A program made the position numbers and the translations under genes. A stretch of DNA of 63,990 bases, filler included, from Licmophora abbreviata (lineage: Eukaryota): the NCBI GenBank assembly GCA_900291995.1. It is 11 parts of 11 records of this genome, joined end to end, with 100 filler letters (N's around TTAATTAATTAA, not from the genome) between each part and the next. Parts side by side here need not be neighbours in the genome. Positions count along the whole stretch, not along the records: positions 46,887 to 51,367 come from OLMU01005742.1; positions 51,468 to 60,208 come from OLMU01005743.1; positions 60,309 to 62,864 come from OLMU01005744.1; 8 more parts are not named here. The stretch is one strand, 5' to 3'. This document shows, piece by piece, positions 48,630 through 60,485 of this stretch. Positions within the stretch are counted from its first letter, which is position 1. Every line of letters starts with the position of its first letter. The notes below the pieces were generated by a model, which was given only the letters and a program-made list of their open reading frames with translations, was not told the origin of the DNA and made no database searches.

Positions 48630-51563
48630 ATGCGCTTGCAGCTCTCGCCATGGCAGGCAGTAGCGACATCGATTCCCCTGACGGCATCTAGTAGTAAACA
48701 GTCGCGCCGACGAAAGCGAAGCGGGAGCAACGGAGAAATCCCGCCAGAGAAATATGGCTTTCCGCCCTTTGCGGCCTCTTTTGTGGCATCAACAAAGAGG
48801 TATCGACAAACCAAGAAGAAAAGGGGGCAGTACGATGCCTCTTTGGCCAAGGATGAGACCGTCCCTTCGATTGCTGTCACTGCGGCCCACCAAGTCAGTG
48901 TGCTAGGACGCATTCTCACTTCTTCTAGACTAGACGACAAGCACCCAACTTTGCGAGAGTGTAGCCAGTGGGAGTATTCCAGTCGACCTGATAAATCTGC
49001 CTCTTTCTTTCAAGACCCGCTACGGAACGGCGTGTCCGAATTTCGACTTCCCAACATTCCTGCTACTCTCGATGCGCGCAACGACAGAGTGTACGCCTTG
49101 CAGAATGGGAATAGTGCTCTGTGTTGCTGGCATGCTGATGATGCCAATGGGCCCGACGATCTGGATGCGCCGGCGGTGCGAGTGGTACTGCGAAAGCCGG
49201 CTGTATCGCTGGAAGTTCTGCCGCATCGAAAGGGTATCATTTGTGGTACTTGTGTGGACGGAAGTCTCTTTGTTGGCAAGTGGGAACAGGATACGTTGCA
49301 CCTTGAATACACTCGAGGAATACAGTCAAAAATGAACCATCACGTCAGCACATTCATGTACAGCGTAGACGGAAGTGCTCTTGCCTATGATCGAAAGCGA
49401 AAAACAAGCGACAGTGCTGAAGAAGAGATGGCCTTGGTGTATCAGGTGTTTGCAGCGAACGATGGTGTCATACTGGTACGTTACGAGGTTGACTTTTCAC
49501 AGGAACTGTTTCCGGAGGAAACTGGCGCAAGGATCAAAGCGACGACGGTTAATCTTGTACCGCTAATTGATCTCCCAGAGGGACTTGCTCTCGATCAAGA
49601 AATGATCGTGGCGTCGCCTCTCGACGACCGCACCCTTGCGCTCTCGTTTCGAATGACCACCGACACTGAATCGGACATGGTACTCTCCCGATGGTTCTCC
49701 GCGTTGTTGTCTTTAGAGACTGCTCGGCAGCTACGGCCTGCAGTCGAGTTGCCAGACTCGACAAGCCAAGTGGTAGCCGTGTCCTCGTCTTTACTGGCAG
49801 TTGGCACTGTCGACGAAATTCTCTTGTACGATGTCGCGCATGGTGCAGTCATACAATGCGTCTTTGTCCCTGATGTTGTCGAGGATTGTAAAGACTGGAT
49901 ATTGGTATCAGACGTACGGAAGGGCCGGATCGCAATTGTTGGTGCTCGTGATGCCCATATCTACGTAGCGGTATCCAAAGTGAGTTTGGAAGCTGAAACC
50001 CAACGAGAAGGGCGTCTCGGAGTGGCTGCTGGGCTTCGCTCCTCGCTCTCGTCAGAATTGCAGGGACGACATGTTGTGGCTCTGGATAGCACGAAGTGTC
50101 TTGCTCATCTGATGGATGAAGCTAGGAGCGACGAGAGCGGTGACCGGATGGGCATCCAGGTCGAAGTCGCATTGATGTGCCTACGTGTTTGTCTTGGAGC
50201 GATACAAGACCCTGACAATATAGGGATTGTGCCCTATCAATTTCTTGTCGCATACGAAAAGGCAGTGGCTGGCCTGTTACAGGTGACACAATCTTCTACG
50301 ATTTCTCTTGGGATGAACGGCACGGGTAACCCACAGGATGACATCACAAAGAAGGCGCCCATTTCAAAAAGTCCAAACAAGTCCATGAGGGTAAACGGTG
50401 CCATCGACAAACAAGCCAATGTCCGTGTAAACGGCAACAAGGAAAAACAGATTACTACGCGGGCTATCACGCCTTACTCTCTTCCGCAGACATTCCTCGA
50501 CGGTGCGACATCAATCGTGCTGGCGGCGCTGCAACTTCCGCAGAATGAAGACAAGGTAGTTGGAATGCGCGTGAAGCTTGCGCGACTGGACGCTCGTCTC
50601 ATTTTGAGCCGACTGATACAGACAGGGAAGTTGTCTGCTCGTTTTCACTTCGACTCTCCGAGTAAGTTGCTGTCATTAGACGATGAGTCAAGCGACTACC
50701 TGTTTCGCATTCTTCGAGCGACGAAACTGACAAACAAGCGGGGCCGGCGAATCTTTTCTCCTGTCGACCTCATGCACGAGATGCTGAACTACTGTCCCGA
50801 CTTGTCGGAACGGCATATGGTTACTATGGTTCACTATATGCTTTGTAGAGCTTTGCCAGACGATATCGCCGAGAATTTGCTTCACTCAGGGTATCTCTAT
50901 CCTCAGCATCCTTACCGCCAACTTGCGAAGAAATACTTCAAGGTGCGATCTTCCATTCGAAAGCAAGCGGAAGGGTCGATCGACGGAAATGAACTCCAGC
51001 ATCTGCAGAAGGACGAAGATAGACTTGCGACTAAACTGCTAAGTGCCGGTGCATCTGTCTTGATGCGACGGATTGTTCAGTACTCGAGGTGTAATGAAAG
51101 TCTGCTTCGAAATGCACTTGCGTCGGGATTGCCAACGAGGAACGAACCGGCCCTCCTTGCTCGTGTGTTGACCGATATGCTGACAAACCGTACCTTCTTA
51201 CCAGATTCCTATCGGCTCGGAGAACGCGAGGGTGCATACTCGATAACTGTCTCCGTTTGGATCGCTGCACTGTGTGAGGCATGTCGTGAGCAGCTCATGT
51301 CGACGGACTCTGAGGGTAACGACAATGCGGCGACACCGATGGAGCACATTCGTCGCTCCATAAACGANNNNNNNNNNNNNNNNNNNNNNNNNNNNNNNNN
51401 NNNNNNNNNNNTTAATTAATTAANNNNNNNNNNNNNNNNNNNNNNNNNNNNNNNNNNNNNNNNNNNNAGCACGGTAGATACTGGAAGCTCTATCATCGCG
51501 TCCGTGTCGACTGTGGAACCAAGTGTGATTCCTCCGTACTGCGTTGAGCGACTGGTATTTTAA
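48630..51563 (+). CDS. Probable NOL11/UTP8-like SSU processome component (spans gap 51368-51467)
   Basis: Beta-rich N-terminal half and helical C-terminal half. The post-gap tail reads PPYCVERLVF*, resembling the Y-x-x-E-x-L C-terminal motif of NOL11/Utp8. Confidence 0.6.
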
Positions 51564-52256
51564 ACCGTGTGCTTGAGTGGACTTAAATGAATTGATGTCG
51601 ATCGCTAAGCGCAAGACATGCCGAATAGCATAAAAAGGTTGTACCTGGATTTATTGGTGAGCTATCTGACTCGTCTCAAGCTAGCTAGCATCCGCGAACC
51701 TCTAGCTACTGGTAGCCTCCACCACGAGACGTTGACGGAACGTAGGAGTACGATGCATTAGCATCATGCAACTTTCTTACTATGCTTTCGTTGTTGTCGT
51801 CGGTCCGTCTTCGCGCGTCGGAAAATTGCTCGCACTACTCTCCCGCGCACTCACTCAAGGTCACAGAACACAAAAGATCGTAAAAGACGTCGAAGACCAC
51901 ACTGAAGTCCACGATTACCGATTACGCCTCTTGTCGTCAGAAAGACGATTGCAGTGTCAGTCCTTGCGTTTGCACCCTTGAATCGATCGAAGGCGTGGTC
52001 TAAGCCTCGAAACGACACAGGCCAGAGCACAGATTTGAAGATCACAGCTCAAGTTCCGAACACGCGTCCGCTGCCTGCACTCCCAGCGTCAACGTGGGAA
52101 CCAGTAGTTACCTACGTGGCACATTCCCACACGACAAGACACTTTGTCTGCGACTGAAGACGCGGTGGAACATCTCTGTCGACAAACGGCGCTGCAAGAC
52201 CTCTCTAGTCGAGCTGCGGTACAGCCCCGATCCCAGTTTTCTTATTTCTATTCGCC

Positions 52257-52913
52257 ATGGCGACCGACTTGTGCACCCGACGCCTCACGCGTGAGCTGCA
52301 GGCTCTTCGGAAGGACCCCCTCAAGAGTCCCAAGATTACTGCCATGCCACAAGAAGAAAATATACTCCACTGGCACTTTGTTATCGAGGGTAGCAACGGA
52401 ACTCCCTACGAGTCTGGAATCTATCACGGGAAGCTCATTTTCCCCAAGGCGTATCCACTCAAGCCACCGTCGGTCTTGATGCTCACGCCCAGTGGCCGCT
52501 TCGCCCCCAATCGTAGACTGTGCTTGTCAATGAGCGATTTTCATCCTGAAACCTGGAATCCCATGTGGTCGGTGGCAACGATATTAACAGGGCTCTATTC
52601 GTTCATGATTGAAAGGGCGCCGACGTTGGGTAGTATCGACACAAGCGACTTTCAGAAACGAAAGCTGGCGCGACAGAGTCTTGACTTCAACTTGCAGGAT
52701 CCCAATTTCACGAGTCTTTTTCCGGAGTATGTTGAGTTGCACGAGCAAAGACAAGCGGAACGACTGGCTGCTGGATTGAGTACTACATCGGACCTGTTGG
52801 TGTCGACGGATGGAATTGGAACCGGTCCGCTCACGGAGATGCAAGGATTCGTCGCCGCGGCGGCGGGTTTGATTGCGCTTCTTTCGATTGCCTTTGCCGT
52901 GCGGTTTCTTTGA
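52257..52913 (+). CDS. UBC6: Tail-anchored ubiquitin-conjugating enzyme E2 J2/Ubc6
   Basis: TPSGRFAPNRRLCLSMSDFHPETWNPMWSV and a C-terminal TM helix. Confidence 0.94.
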   Translation: MATDLCTRRLTRELQALRKDPLKSPKITAMPQEENILHWHFVIEGSNGTPYESGIYHGKLIFPKAYPLKPPSVLMLTPSGRFAPNRRLCLSMSDFHPETWNPMWSVATILTGLYSFMIERAPTLGSIDTSDFQKRKLARQSLDFNLQDPNFTSLFPEYVELHEQRQAERLAAGLSTTSDLLVSTDGIGTGPLTEMQGFVAAAAGLIALLSIAFAVRFL

Positions 52914-53287
52914 AAAACGATCATGCAGTCCCATGTCGAATGATATGGCCGATCGCGAGGGCAAAGGATGTATAAACAGTGGGATACTACCGGTATGAGG
53001 AGGTAAGAAGTAGTAAATTAACTTGGGCCATCGTCCATCATACTAACATGCTTCGCGAAGAAAAGTCTGTACCGATATATGTATGATAGGACACGACACC
53101 AGAAGAGCTCGGTCGATACCAGTATGTATCCCACGCGCCATCGCCCACCATGGAAAGTAGATGTCTAGCACGATGAATTGAGGCTTTTTCTGTCTTTTAG
53201 CGCGAATCACAACAAAATACGACACGTGGAGCGTTGCACGACGAAAGTGAAGATAGGTGATGCTCGTCGCCATCATACTTAACGATC

Positions 53288-54423
53288 ATGATGGCGACGC
53301 TGCCTTCCGCGTTGACGACCAAGATGATGACTGCCAAAGCATTTGTATTGCTTATATCACTGTTGTATGTCGTTCAGTTCTCGTCTGCTGTAGCGTCGGC
53401 ACAGACGGCGACAGCTGGAGAAGATCGCAGCTCGGTCGAAGAGTTTGGCGTCGACCTCTACGCCCTGTCGGATGCGGAGTTAGAGGAAATATGTACGATC
53501 CGAGGGTTCGAACTTGTGCAGGAAGTTGACGACGCGACGGGAGAGCAGTTCGCCTATACTCACGATGGTACGTAGGTTTATAGAGAGTGGTCATCATGTA
53601 GTGCATTTGACTCCTTTTGCTCACATCGCCTGACCGTGTACTATATTCAACGGATGAACGCAGATTACGTGGAGGCCGCCAAGCAATGTCTGGCCATAGA
53701 ACGAGACATGTACGTGCAACAAGGGACTGCAGCTCACTCTGGAATATAAGAAGCACCTGTAGAGAACTCATGTGCTATTATCCTCGTTTTTTTTTCTTCA
53801 GGGAGGCAATCATCGAGGAGCATCCTGAAATTTTGGACGAGCTCGAGGCAGAACGAGACCGCATGATGGAAGAGAAGGAACGATTGGAGCAGAAATTGGA
53901 AGAAGCAGAGAGTGCACGTTCTAAGGAAACTGGAGCCGACGCAGCGTTTCTACCGAAACAGAAGACGACGAGCTCCGGAGAAGCTAGTGCCCCCACAAAG
54001 GAGACAAAGAGTGTTGTAGGAGACGAGAGCGAGAGTGCTCCTTTGCCACCAGCGACGACAGTCGACGAAGATCGCGACGAAGGTGCCGAGCTAGAAGATT
54101 CAGATTCTCGTCCAAGTCCGCTGAGTATTCAGGAGCTGGTAAAGTCGACGGCGCTAGAGTTCCGTGATCGAGTCCAGAGAGACTTGGAGAGAGTCATCGA
54201 GAAAGTACTACCGGAATCAATACGAGGGCCGTTGTCGGAAACTGTACGTCCTATTGTCAAGGTTTTAAAGCAAGTTACCAAAGACACGGTGAAGTTCCTG
54301 GTTCGACATGGTCGAGTGTTGTTCAAGCGGGCCGGTAAGAAGGTGGCGGAGCAAATGAACGAGATTCAAGAACGTCGTGCAGCGAAACAGTTAGAGGAGA
54401 AGAATGCGCCGACCGCGAGCTAA
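53288..54423 (+). CDS. Hypothetical secreted/ER protein with SAP-like motif and coiled coil; introns 53568-53663 and 53710-53801
   Basis: Signal peptide; LSDAELEEICTIRGF; a 46-nt middle exon restores the frame. Confidence 0.72.
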
Positions 54424-54546
54424 TGCTAATGATCAAAGTATGATCTTTTGCCAGCTTGGCAGACTGAGTCTAGACCTACTTGATTGCTTAAAACTACTGG
54501 GATAATTCTAATTCACCCGTCCATCGCGTCGAGTCGCGTTGCAGTT

Positions 54547-54999
54547 CTATTTTGATCCTTCCTTCTTTGGCGGATTCCACAATCCCTTCAAGGTTCCAGT
54601 GATACCCGCATCGCTCAACGCGACGCGTCCAAGTCCCAATACGATCAATCCAGCCAGCGAGGCATTGAAAACTCGAGCGTGCGGGAGATACTTCTTGTCT
54701 AGTTTGGGTACGTAGTCACTGGCGACCGCGTTGATGCCTACCCACGAGTGGAAGCTGATATTGAAAGCAACCAGCAAGCCGAACGCCTTGTTGGTAGATC
54801 CCTGAGTCCAGCGATCGGGCACGAGGAACATCAATGGAGCGGCCAAGGCGAGAAACTGGGAGATCTTGTGGTTGTAGTGAAATGCAGCGGTGACTTGGTC
54901 GGGAGGCATGCCGAGCGGCGATTTCTTCGTGGTCGAAGAAAACTTACGAATCGCTCTCTGAGAGGTGAGCTTCGACGACGACTGAGCAGCACGAATCAT
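54547..54999 (-). CDS. SDH4: Succinate dehydrogenase cytochrome b small subunit (CybS/SDH4)
   Basis: Mitochondrial-type presequence; HSWVGINAVASDYV (heme His and DY motif); GITGTLKGLW. Confidence 0.85.
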   Translation of the reverse strand: MIRAAQSSSKLTSQRAIRKFSSTTKKSPLGMPPDQVTAAFHYNHKISQFLALAAPLMFLVPDRWTQGSTNKAFGLLVAFNISFHSWVGINAVASDYVPKLDKKYLPHARVFNASLAGLIVLGLGRVALSDAGITGTLKGLWNPPKKEGSK

Positions 55000-55355
55000 G
55001 GCGAGGCTGGTGGTGAGCAATGTAAGCAGTAGACTCGATTAGTCTGGATTTGATGCATTCGGACAAAACACAGAACAGTCGTATCCTTCTGCCATTCCCT
55101 GTCGGCAGCTGGCTCTCAGGCCTCATTTCGCAAAAAAGTGTTCGGGTTTGCTGTGCGTTGTGCGAGTTTCTCGTGTGGACGATTCCGGATTCCGTTCAGA
55201 TCCATTCGAGAGGCACACACAGCGACGCGAGACTGCAACACGGCCACAACAGACCAGTGAAACTACGAGTAGTATTGCAGCAATAATATAAGCCAAAGTC
55301 GAAGTCCACCTCCCGTTTCCAGCCCAGTGCATGCAGCCTAAAGTACACTCACGCC

Positions 55356-56505
55356 ATGCCGAACCAGAGATTCCCCAAAGTGAAAGCGCTGTCGATCGCT
55401 CCGCACGAAATCAAGTTCATGCTGAGCGACACGGACACCTCCATGGCCAACACGTTGCGACGCATCATGATTGCCGAGGTCCCGACGCTCGGCATTGATT
55501 TGGTCGAATTTCACGAAAACACTACCGTTCTCAACGACGAATACATTGCGCATCGACTAGGACTGATGCCGATTCGATACCAGGCGCCAGATTCACTGAG
55601 GTGAGTTACATGGATTTCTCCAGTCTTTGGCACAGCTAGGTTTGTCCTTTCGATCTAGCCCTTACGGTTGTATTTTGTACTTATAGGGGAGGCGATTGTA
55701 ATGGGCCTTTTCTACCTCATCGGGAATGTGTCTGCTATGACCGGTGCCCACGATGCTCGATCGAGTTTGAGCTGGACGTCGACTTTGACGCCGTCAGTCC
55801 CACGCGACCTGAAGACGAAATTATGGCGCCACTTACCGTTACGAGTCGCGATTTGGTGCGTGTTGGATGAGATCGATTAGCTTATGGAATATGCGGCACT
55901 TCCTCCTTGGTTCTCACACGAAACTTTCATTGTCTCTTCAGAAATCCAACAATGAGTACGTCATGCCAGCACACTTTCTCAATCAGGACGAGCAGGACGA
56001 GTCCCAGGATGATGGAGTCGCAATTGTCAAAATGGGTCCTGGCCAGCGTCTCAAGTTGAAAGCCATTGCACGCATGGGTATCGCCAAGGAACATGCCAAG
56101 TGGAGCCCCGTAGCAGTGGCGACGTATAGGTTCTGGCCCATCATCACCATCAACGACGAACAAGTCGCCACACTAACCATGGACCAGAAGCAAGAGTTGG
56201 TTGATGTATGTCCAGATCGAATTTTGGAAATCGATGAAGTCACTGGTAGTATGAAAGAGTCTCAGAATGCAAATGAGACGGCGACCTTTACAGAAGATCT
56301 TAAATTTGCACAGCAGGCCATGAAGAAGCGACCGGAAGACGAAGACTTTGTGACAGTTGTGCAGGCGACGGATCGGTTTATATTCACAGTGGAATCGACG
56401 GGGGCGATGGACGCAGAGGAGATTGTCTTGTCAAGCTTGCGTGTCTTGAAGGACCGACTTAACTATCTGGCGCAGGAAGTTGAAAACTTGAAGGACATGG
56501 CATAG
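55356..56505 (+). CDS. RPB3: RNA polymerase II subunit RPB3; introns 55601-55686 and 55856-55941
   Basis: ANTLRRIMIAEVPT, DEYIAHRLGLMP, the CxC...CPRC zinc loop and GIAKEHAKWSP. Confidence 0.96.
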
Positions 56506-56888
56506 CGCTGGATCTGTGGTGCGTCCTCCAAACGCTAACGTGCGCTGTTGTTCATCCAATAGCAAGCTACACGTTACTCGTACTTTTGCTATTGCATTCC
56601 GGCATGAGTCTTATGCTGAAGGGAGAAGCTATGCTCCATTTGATGAAAGGTTGTCGCTGTTCCAGATCGGATTGAATAAAACATCGGCACTCTATTGGAG
56701 CCCATAACCCAGATGTAGAAGAGAGCTAACACTATCTATCCCCTATCGACGAGGACCGCACATTTCCAAAACTTCGCGTGAACGCGCGGAAAGTCGTGCT
56801 GGATGATGTGAGGAGACGAATGAGTCTGAAGTTTGTTCTTTGCGGCCGCAGCGTCGCACTTCTTCTGCTTGCTGTTTCGTGTCCAACC

Positions 56889-58814
56889 ATGGCCGATGCG
56901 GTACAAGACGCGGGGATTTCCCCAACGGTGGTTGACGTGAACGCTGAAATGCCGACGCAAAGAACTGATCAGAGTGAATCCTATTCTGTCAAGGTCAGAC
57001 CAGAGTTTGTTCTGTCCGAAGCCTCTCCCGTTCTTGCGCCGTTACGTTCAGAGACCACAGAGACCACAGACTCACGTGACACTCGAGATGGCGACTCCAA
57101 GAAGAAGAGAAAGAAAGGAAGAAATAAGAAGCGTCCTCGTGACTCCAAAGTTGACGATAGTGGTAGGCTATGCATGTCCATAGTTCGAGGAGAGGCTTGC
57201 TCCTACGGGGCCGACAAGTGTCGCTTCAGTCACGATCTAAAGGAGGCTCTGGCGAATCGTCCTCCTGATATTTCTGAAGTAGAAGGCGGCTGTCCAACTT
57301 ACAATCTAAAAGGATATTGTGGGTTCGGTTTGACTTGTCTCGTTGGAGCGTCTCACTTGAACTTGGCCACTGGTGAAAATCTAAGGCGCAGTGATGTTAC
57401 GCAACCCCTGCCCATCATGAATACTCTCCCGAGAGATGTTCAGATTATGCTTCGAAAGAGAACGTATCCGTTCAAGTGTGAAAGAAAGCATAGGCACGGG
57501 GAGAACACAAGTAAAGCAACTGAGACAGCCCAGAAAATGTCAACATCAGTTGAAAAAAGTGACACAGCGGGGGCAAAAGCAAACGATGCTGGGGATGAAG
57601 GGGCGAGCACATCAAAGGCTGACTTCTCTCCACTCCCGCAGAAGCGCAAGCTCATCGATTTCCGAAATCGTACTTACGTGGCACCCCTTACGACAGTTGG
57701 CAATTTACCTTTTCGGCGTGTTATGAAGAAGTTTGACGCGGACATTACCTGTGGCGAGATGGCGGTCGCTACCGGTCTCCTGGAAGGAAAGTCATCTGAA
57801 TGGGCGCTTCTGAAACGTCACCCCGAGGAAGACATCTTTGGAGTGCAGCTGGCCGCAGCTCATGCCGATCAGTTTACTCGAGCTTGTGAGCTGGTTGAAA
57901 CGCACGCGACTGTAGACTTTGTTGATATGAATCTTGGATGTCCTCTCGACCTGATATGTGAAAAAGGGGCAGGTGCGAAGCTCATGATGCGCGACAAAAA
58001 ACTTCGCGAATGTGTAGAGGGTATAACGTCGACGCTATCGTGCCCGGTGACAATTAAAATGAGAACCGGTTGGAATGAGAACAAACCCTTTGCTCATGAA
58101 CTGGTTCCCAAGATACAAAGCTGGGGCAACCGCGGTGTTGCCGCAATCATGGTAAGTATGAATTCGCCATCATCTCAGTCGTTGTCGTGTTACAAAGAGA
58201 CTTACGGCCCTTACTTTTGTTGGCCATAGGTACACGGACGATCGCGTCTGCAACGATATCAAAAGTCGGCAAATTGGGACTACATTCAGGAGGTTGCCTC
58301 AAGTCAGACCGACGAGTTTCCAAGGATCCCGATCATCGGGAATGGTGACATCTACAATTATACAGACTACGAGGAGAAAGTTGCCAGAGAGGGCGTTAAC
58401 GCGACTGCAATGCTAGCGAGAGGGGCACTCATCAAACCGTGGCTACCGAGTGAGATAAAGCAAAGAGCGCACCTCGATATCTCATCGTCCGAGAGACTTG
58501 ACATGCTCAAGGATTTTGTTAGATTCGGACTAGAACACTGGGGCTCTGATCAGAAGGGCGTCGACAATACGCGGCGCTTCCTTCTGGAGTGGCTCTCTTT
58601 CCTGTATCGATATGTTCCACTTGGTCTCTTGGAAGTATACCCTACTCAAATGAACCACAGACCCCCTCCAAATATGTGCGGCCGTGACGACTTGGAAACG
58701 CTGATGATGTCAAAGAATTGTCTGGATTGGATCAAGATTTCGGAGATCCTACTCGGACCGGTACCGGAAGGATTCCGCTTTGAACCGAAACACAAGGCGA
58801 ACGCATACAAGTAA
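56889..58814 (+). CDS. DUS3: tRNA-dihydrouridine(47) synthase DUS3-like; intron 58152-58229
   Basis: CCCH zinc fingers, APLTTVGNLPFRR, DMNLGCP, HGRSRLQRY and F.PKHKANAY. Confidence 0.95.
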
Positions 58815-58925
58815 AGTAGTAAAGTAGGCGTACCGGTACACGCTAGCGAGAGCAAACTAGATATGTTCAAGCAGCAAAAGGGTGCGACAAACGAAACATC
58901 ACCAACTCATCAAACAGAGATCATG

Positions 58926-60035
58926 CTAATTTGTAGCAACTGCATTCCCTGACGATTCAACGCTGAGGAGACGTTCATCCGTCACACTTACGGAACCAGG
59001 GTGCGCCCCTCCGCTGACAGTTGCACGCCAGCCACCGCGGGACGTCAATAGTTCCTGCGTACGTTGGATGGAAATATCGAAAGGGATCACCAAAGCGTGA
59101 TCGAGGTAGTTAGAAAGATCAGCAATGCTCAAAGTAAAGTCTCCGGTCTCGTTCTTGTATTGATGTTGCGCATAATATACATTCATGGCAGCCAAACGAG
59201 CCGGCCAAGTGGGATCGCGCACATTCGATGTTTGAGAATCAGCATCACCAAAGACAAGATATCCCCACGAGTCTGGAAGGTGCATATTGACATATCCAGA
59301 GAAGCGACTCTCTGCTGCATTCCATACAATCTGGGGTTGCCACGTCCAGTTCACATCCCCTTGCTCCTCCACTCGACTAAAGTTGATGCGCCAACGTGTT
59401 CCTTGACGAGGATGGCCTGCATTCGGAATGTGCCCCAAGATGTCACTGTACGCCATGGCAATCTCGACAGACCATGTTGCCCCTCCATCCGGGTCGTTTA
59501 GACTGCCTTCCAGTATACGAGTAGCAGATCGTTGTTTGGATACCTCGTAGTACAAGTCATCTCCTGGTTTCGCGATCCGACCGGAGTGCTCTCTTCCATC
59601 GTCACCGTAGGGACGGTCCAACATGAGATTCCAAAAGGTGCTCAGAGCATTGACTTCGTATTCTTTGTAATTGTGGCAGCTTCCCAAAGGATCAATGAAG
59701 ACTTCAAAGTCCGAGTCCTGCTGAAAGATTGGCGAATTGCGTTCTGTATACGTGGCGACGGTCATCAAGTCGCTGTGAAGAATCGCTCCGATATATAAAA
59801 ATTCGTCGTCCCACATCATCTTGACTCGAGTTTCACACGTAGGTCGAGGCCGCGCTGGTGGAGGTGCATCTCGAGGACCGCGAATGTCGTCGAATGGATC
59901 AGACCAAAGGGCGCCTTGCCATACATCCTTGGTTAAGTCGCCGTCTATCGTATCGATCGAAAACGGCGCTCTCGGGGCGATGTAAGTTCGAGGATACAAA
60001 CACCAGTGAGCCGCAAGGCTATCAGCGGTCGGCAT
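58926..60035 (-). CDS. CBM9-like/DOMON-like carbohydrate-binding family protein
   Basis: Motifs IDGDL...W, TRVKMMWDDEFLYIGA, DFEVFIDP, YKEYEVNA, WRINFSRV and MHLPDSWGY; intronless. Confidence 0.82.
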   Translation of the reverse strand: MPTADSLAAHWCLYPRTYIAPRAPFSIDTIDGDLTKDVWQGALWSDPFDDIRGPRDAPPPARPRPTCETRVKMMWDDEFLYIGAILHSDLMTVATYTERNSPIFQQDSDFEVFIDPLGSCHNYKEYEVNALSTFWNLMLDRPYGDDGREHSGRIAKPGDDLYYEVSKQRSATRILEGSLNDPDGGATWSVEIAMAYSDILGHIPNAGHPRQGTRWRINFSRVEEQGDVNWTWQPQIVWNAAESRFSGYVNMHLPDSWGYLVFGDADSQTSNVRDPTWPARLAAMNVYYAQHQYKNETGDFTLSIADLSNYLDHALVIPFDISIQRTQELLTSRGGWRATVSGGAHPGSVSVTDERLLSVESSGNAVATN

Positions 60036-60485
60036 CGCTACTCCAGAATAAGTTCAATGGCTTGGTTGATGGTATTCGTTTCCCATCATCACAGCGACAT
60101 CACCCACGACGCTGGTCTCTCGGTCTCTCGTCATTATGCCATCGCAAGTCACAGTCTCGATGTCAACAGTCTGTGCGCCATCAGTTCGAAAGAGCCTTGT
60201 ACCTGGCANNNNNNNNNNNNNNNNNNNNNNNNNNNNNNNNNNNNNNNNNNNNTTAATTAATTAANNNNNNNNNNNNNNNNNNNNNNNNNNNNNNNNNNNN
60301 NNNNNNNNCTGGTCGCTGCTGTATTGCTAGCTACTCCTAGTACTGTTAGGGTTATTCAAGAGGAGAAGGTCTTGTACTATCGTACCCAAAGGAGATCACC
60401 AAATAGTTTAAACTAATAGGGACGTGCTAATCACTTTTTTCACATGTATATAACTACTACGTGCATATCTCGCGCTTCTCTCTCA

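Noticed and set aside
51564..52256. Small ORFs upstream of UBC6
   Set aside because: No recognisable protein motif; likely UTR or promoter sequence.
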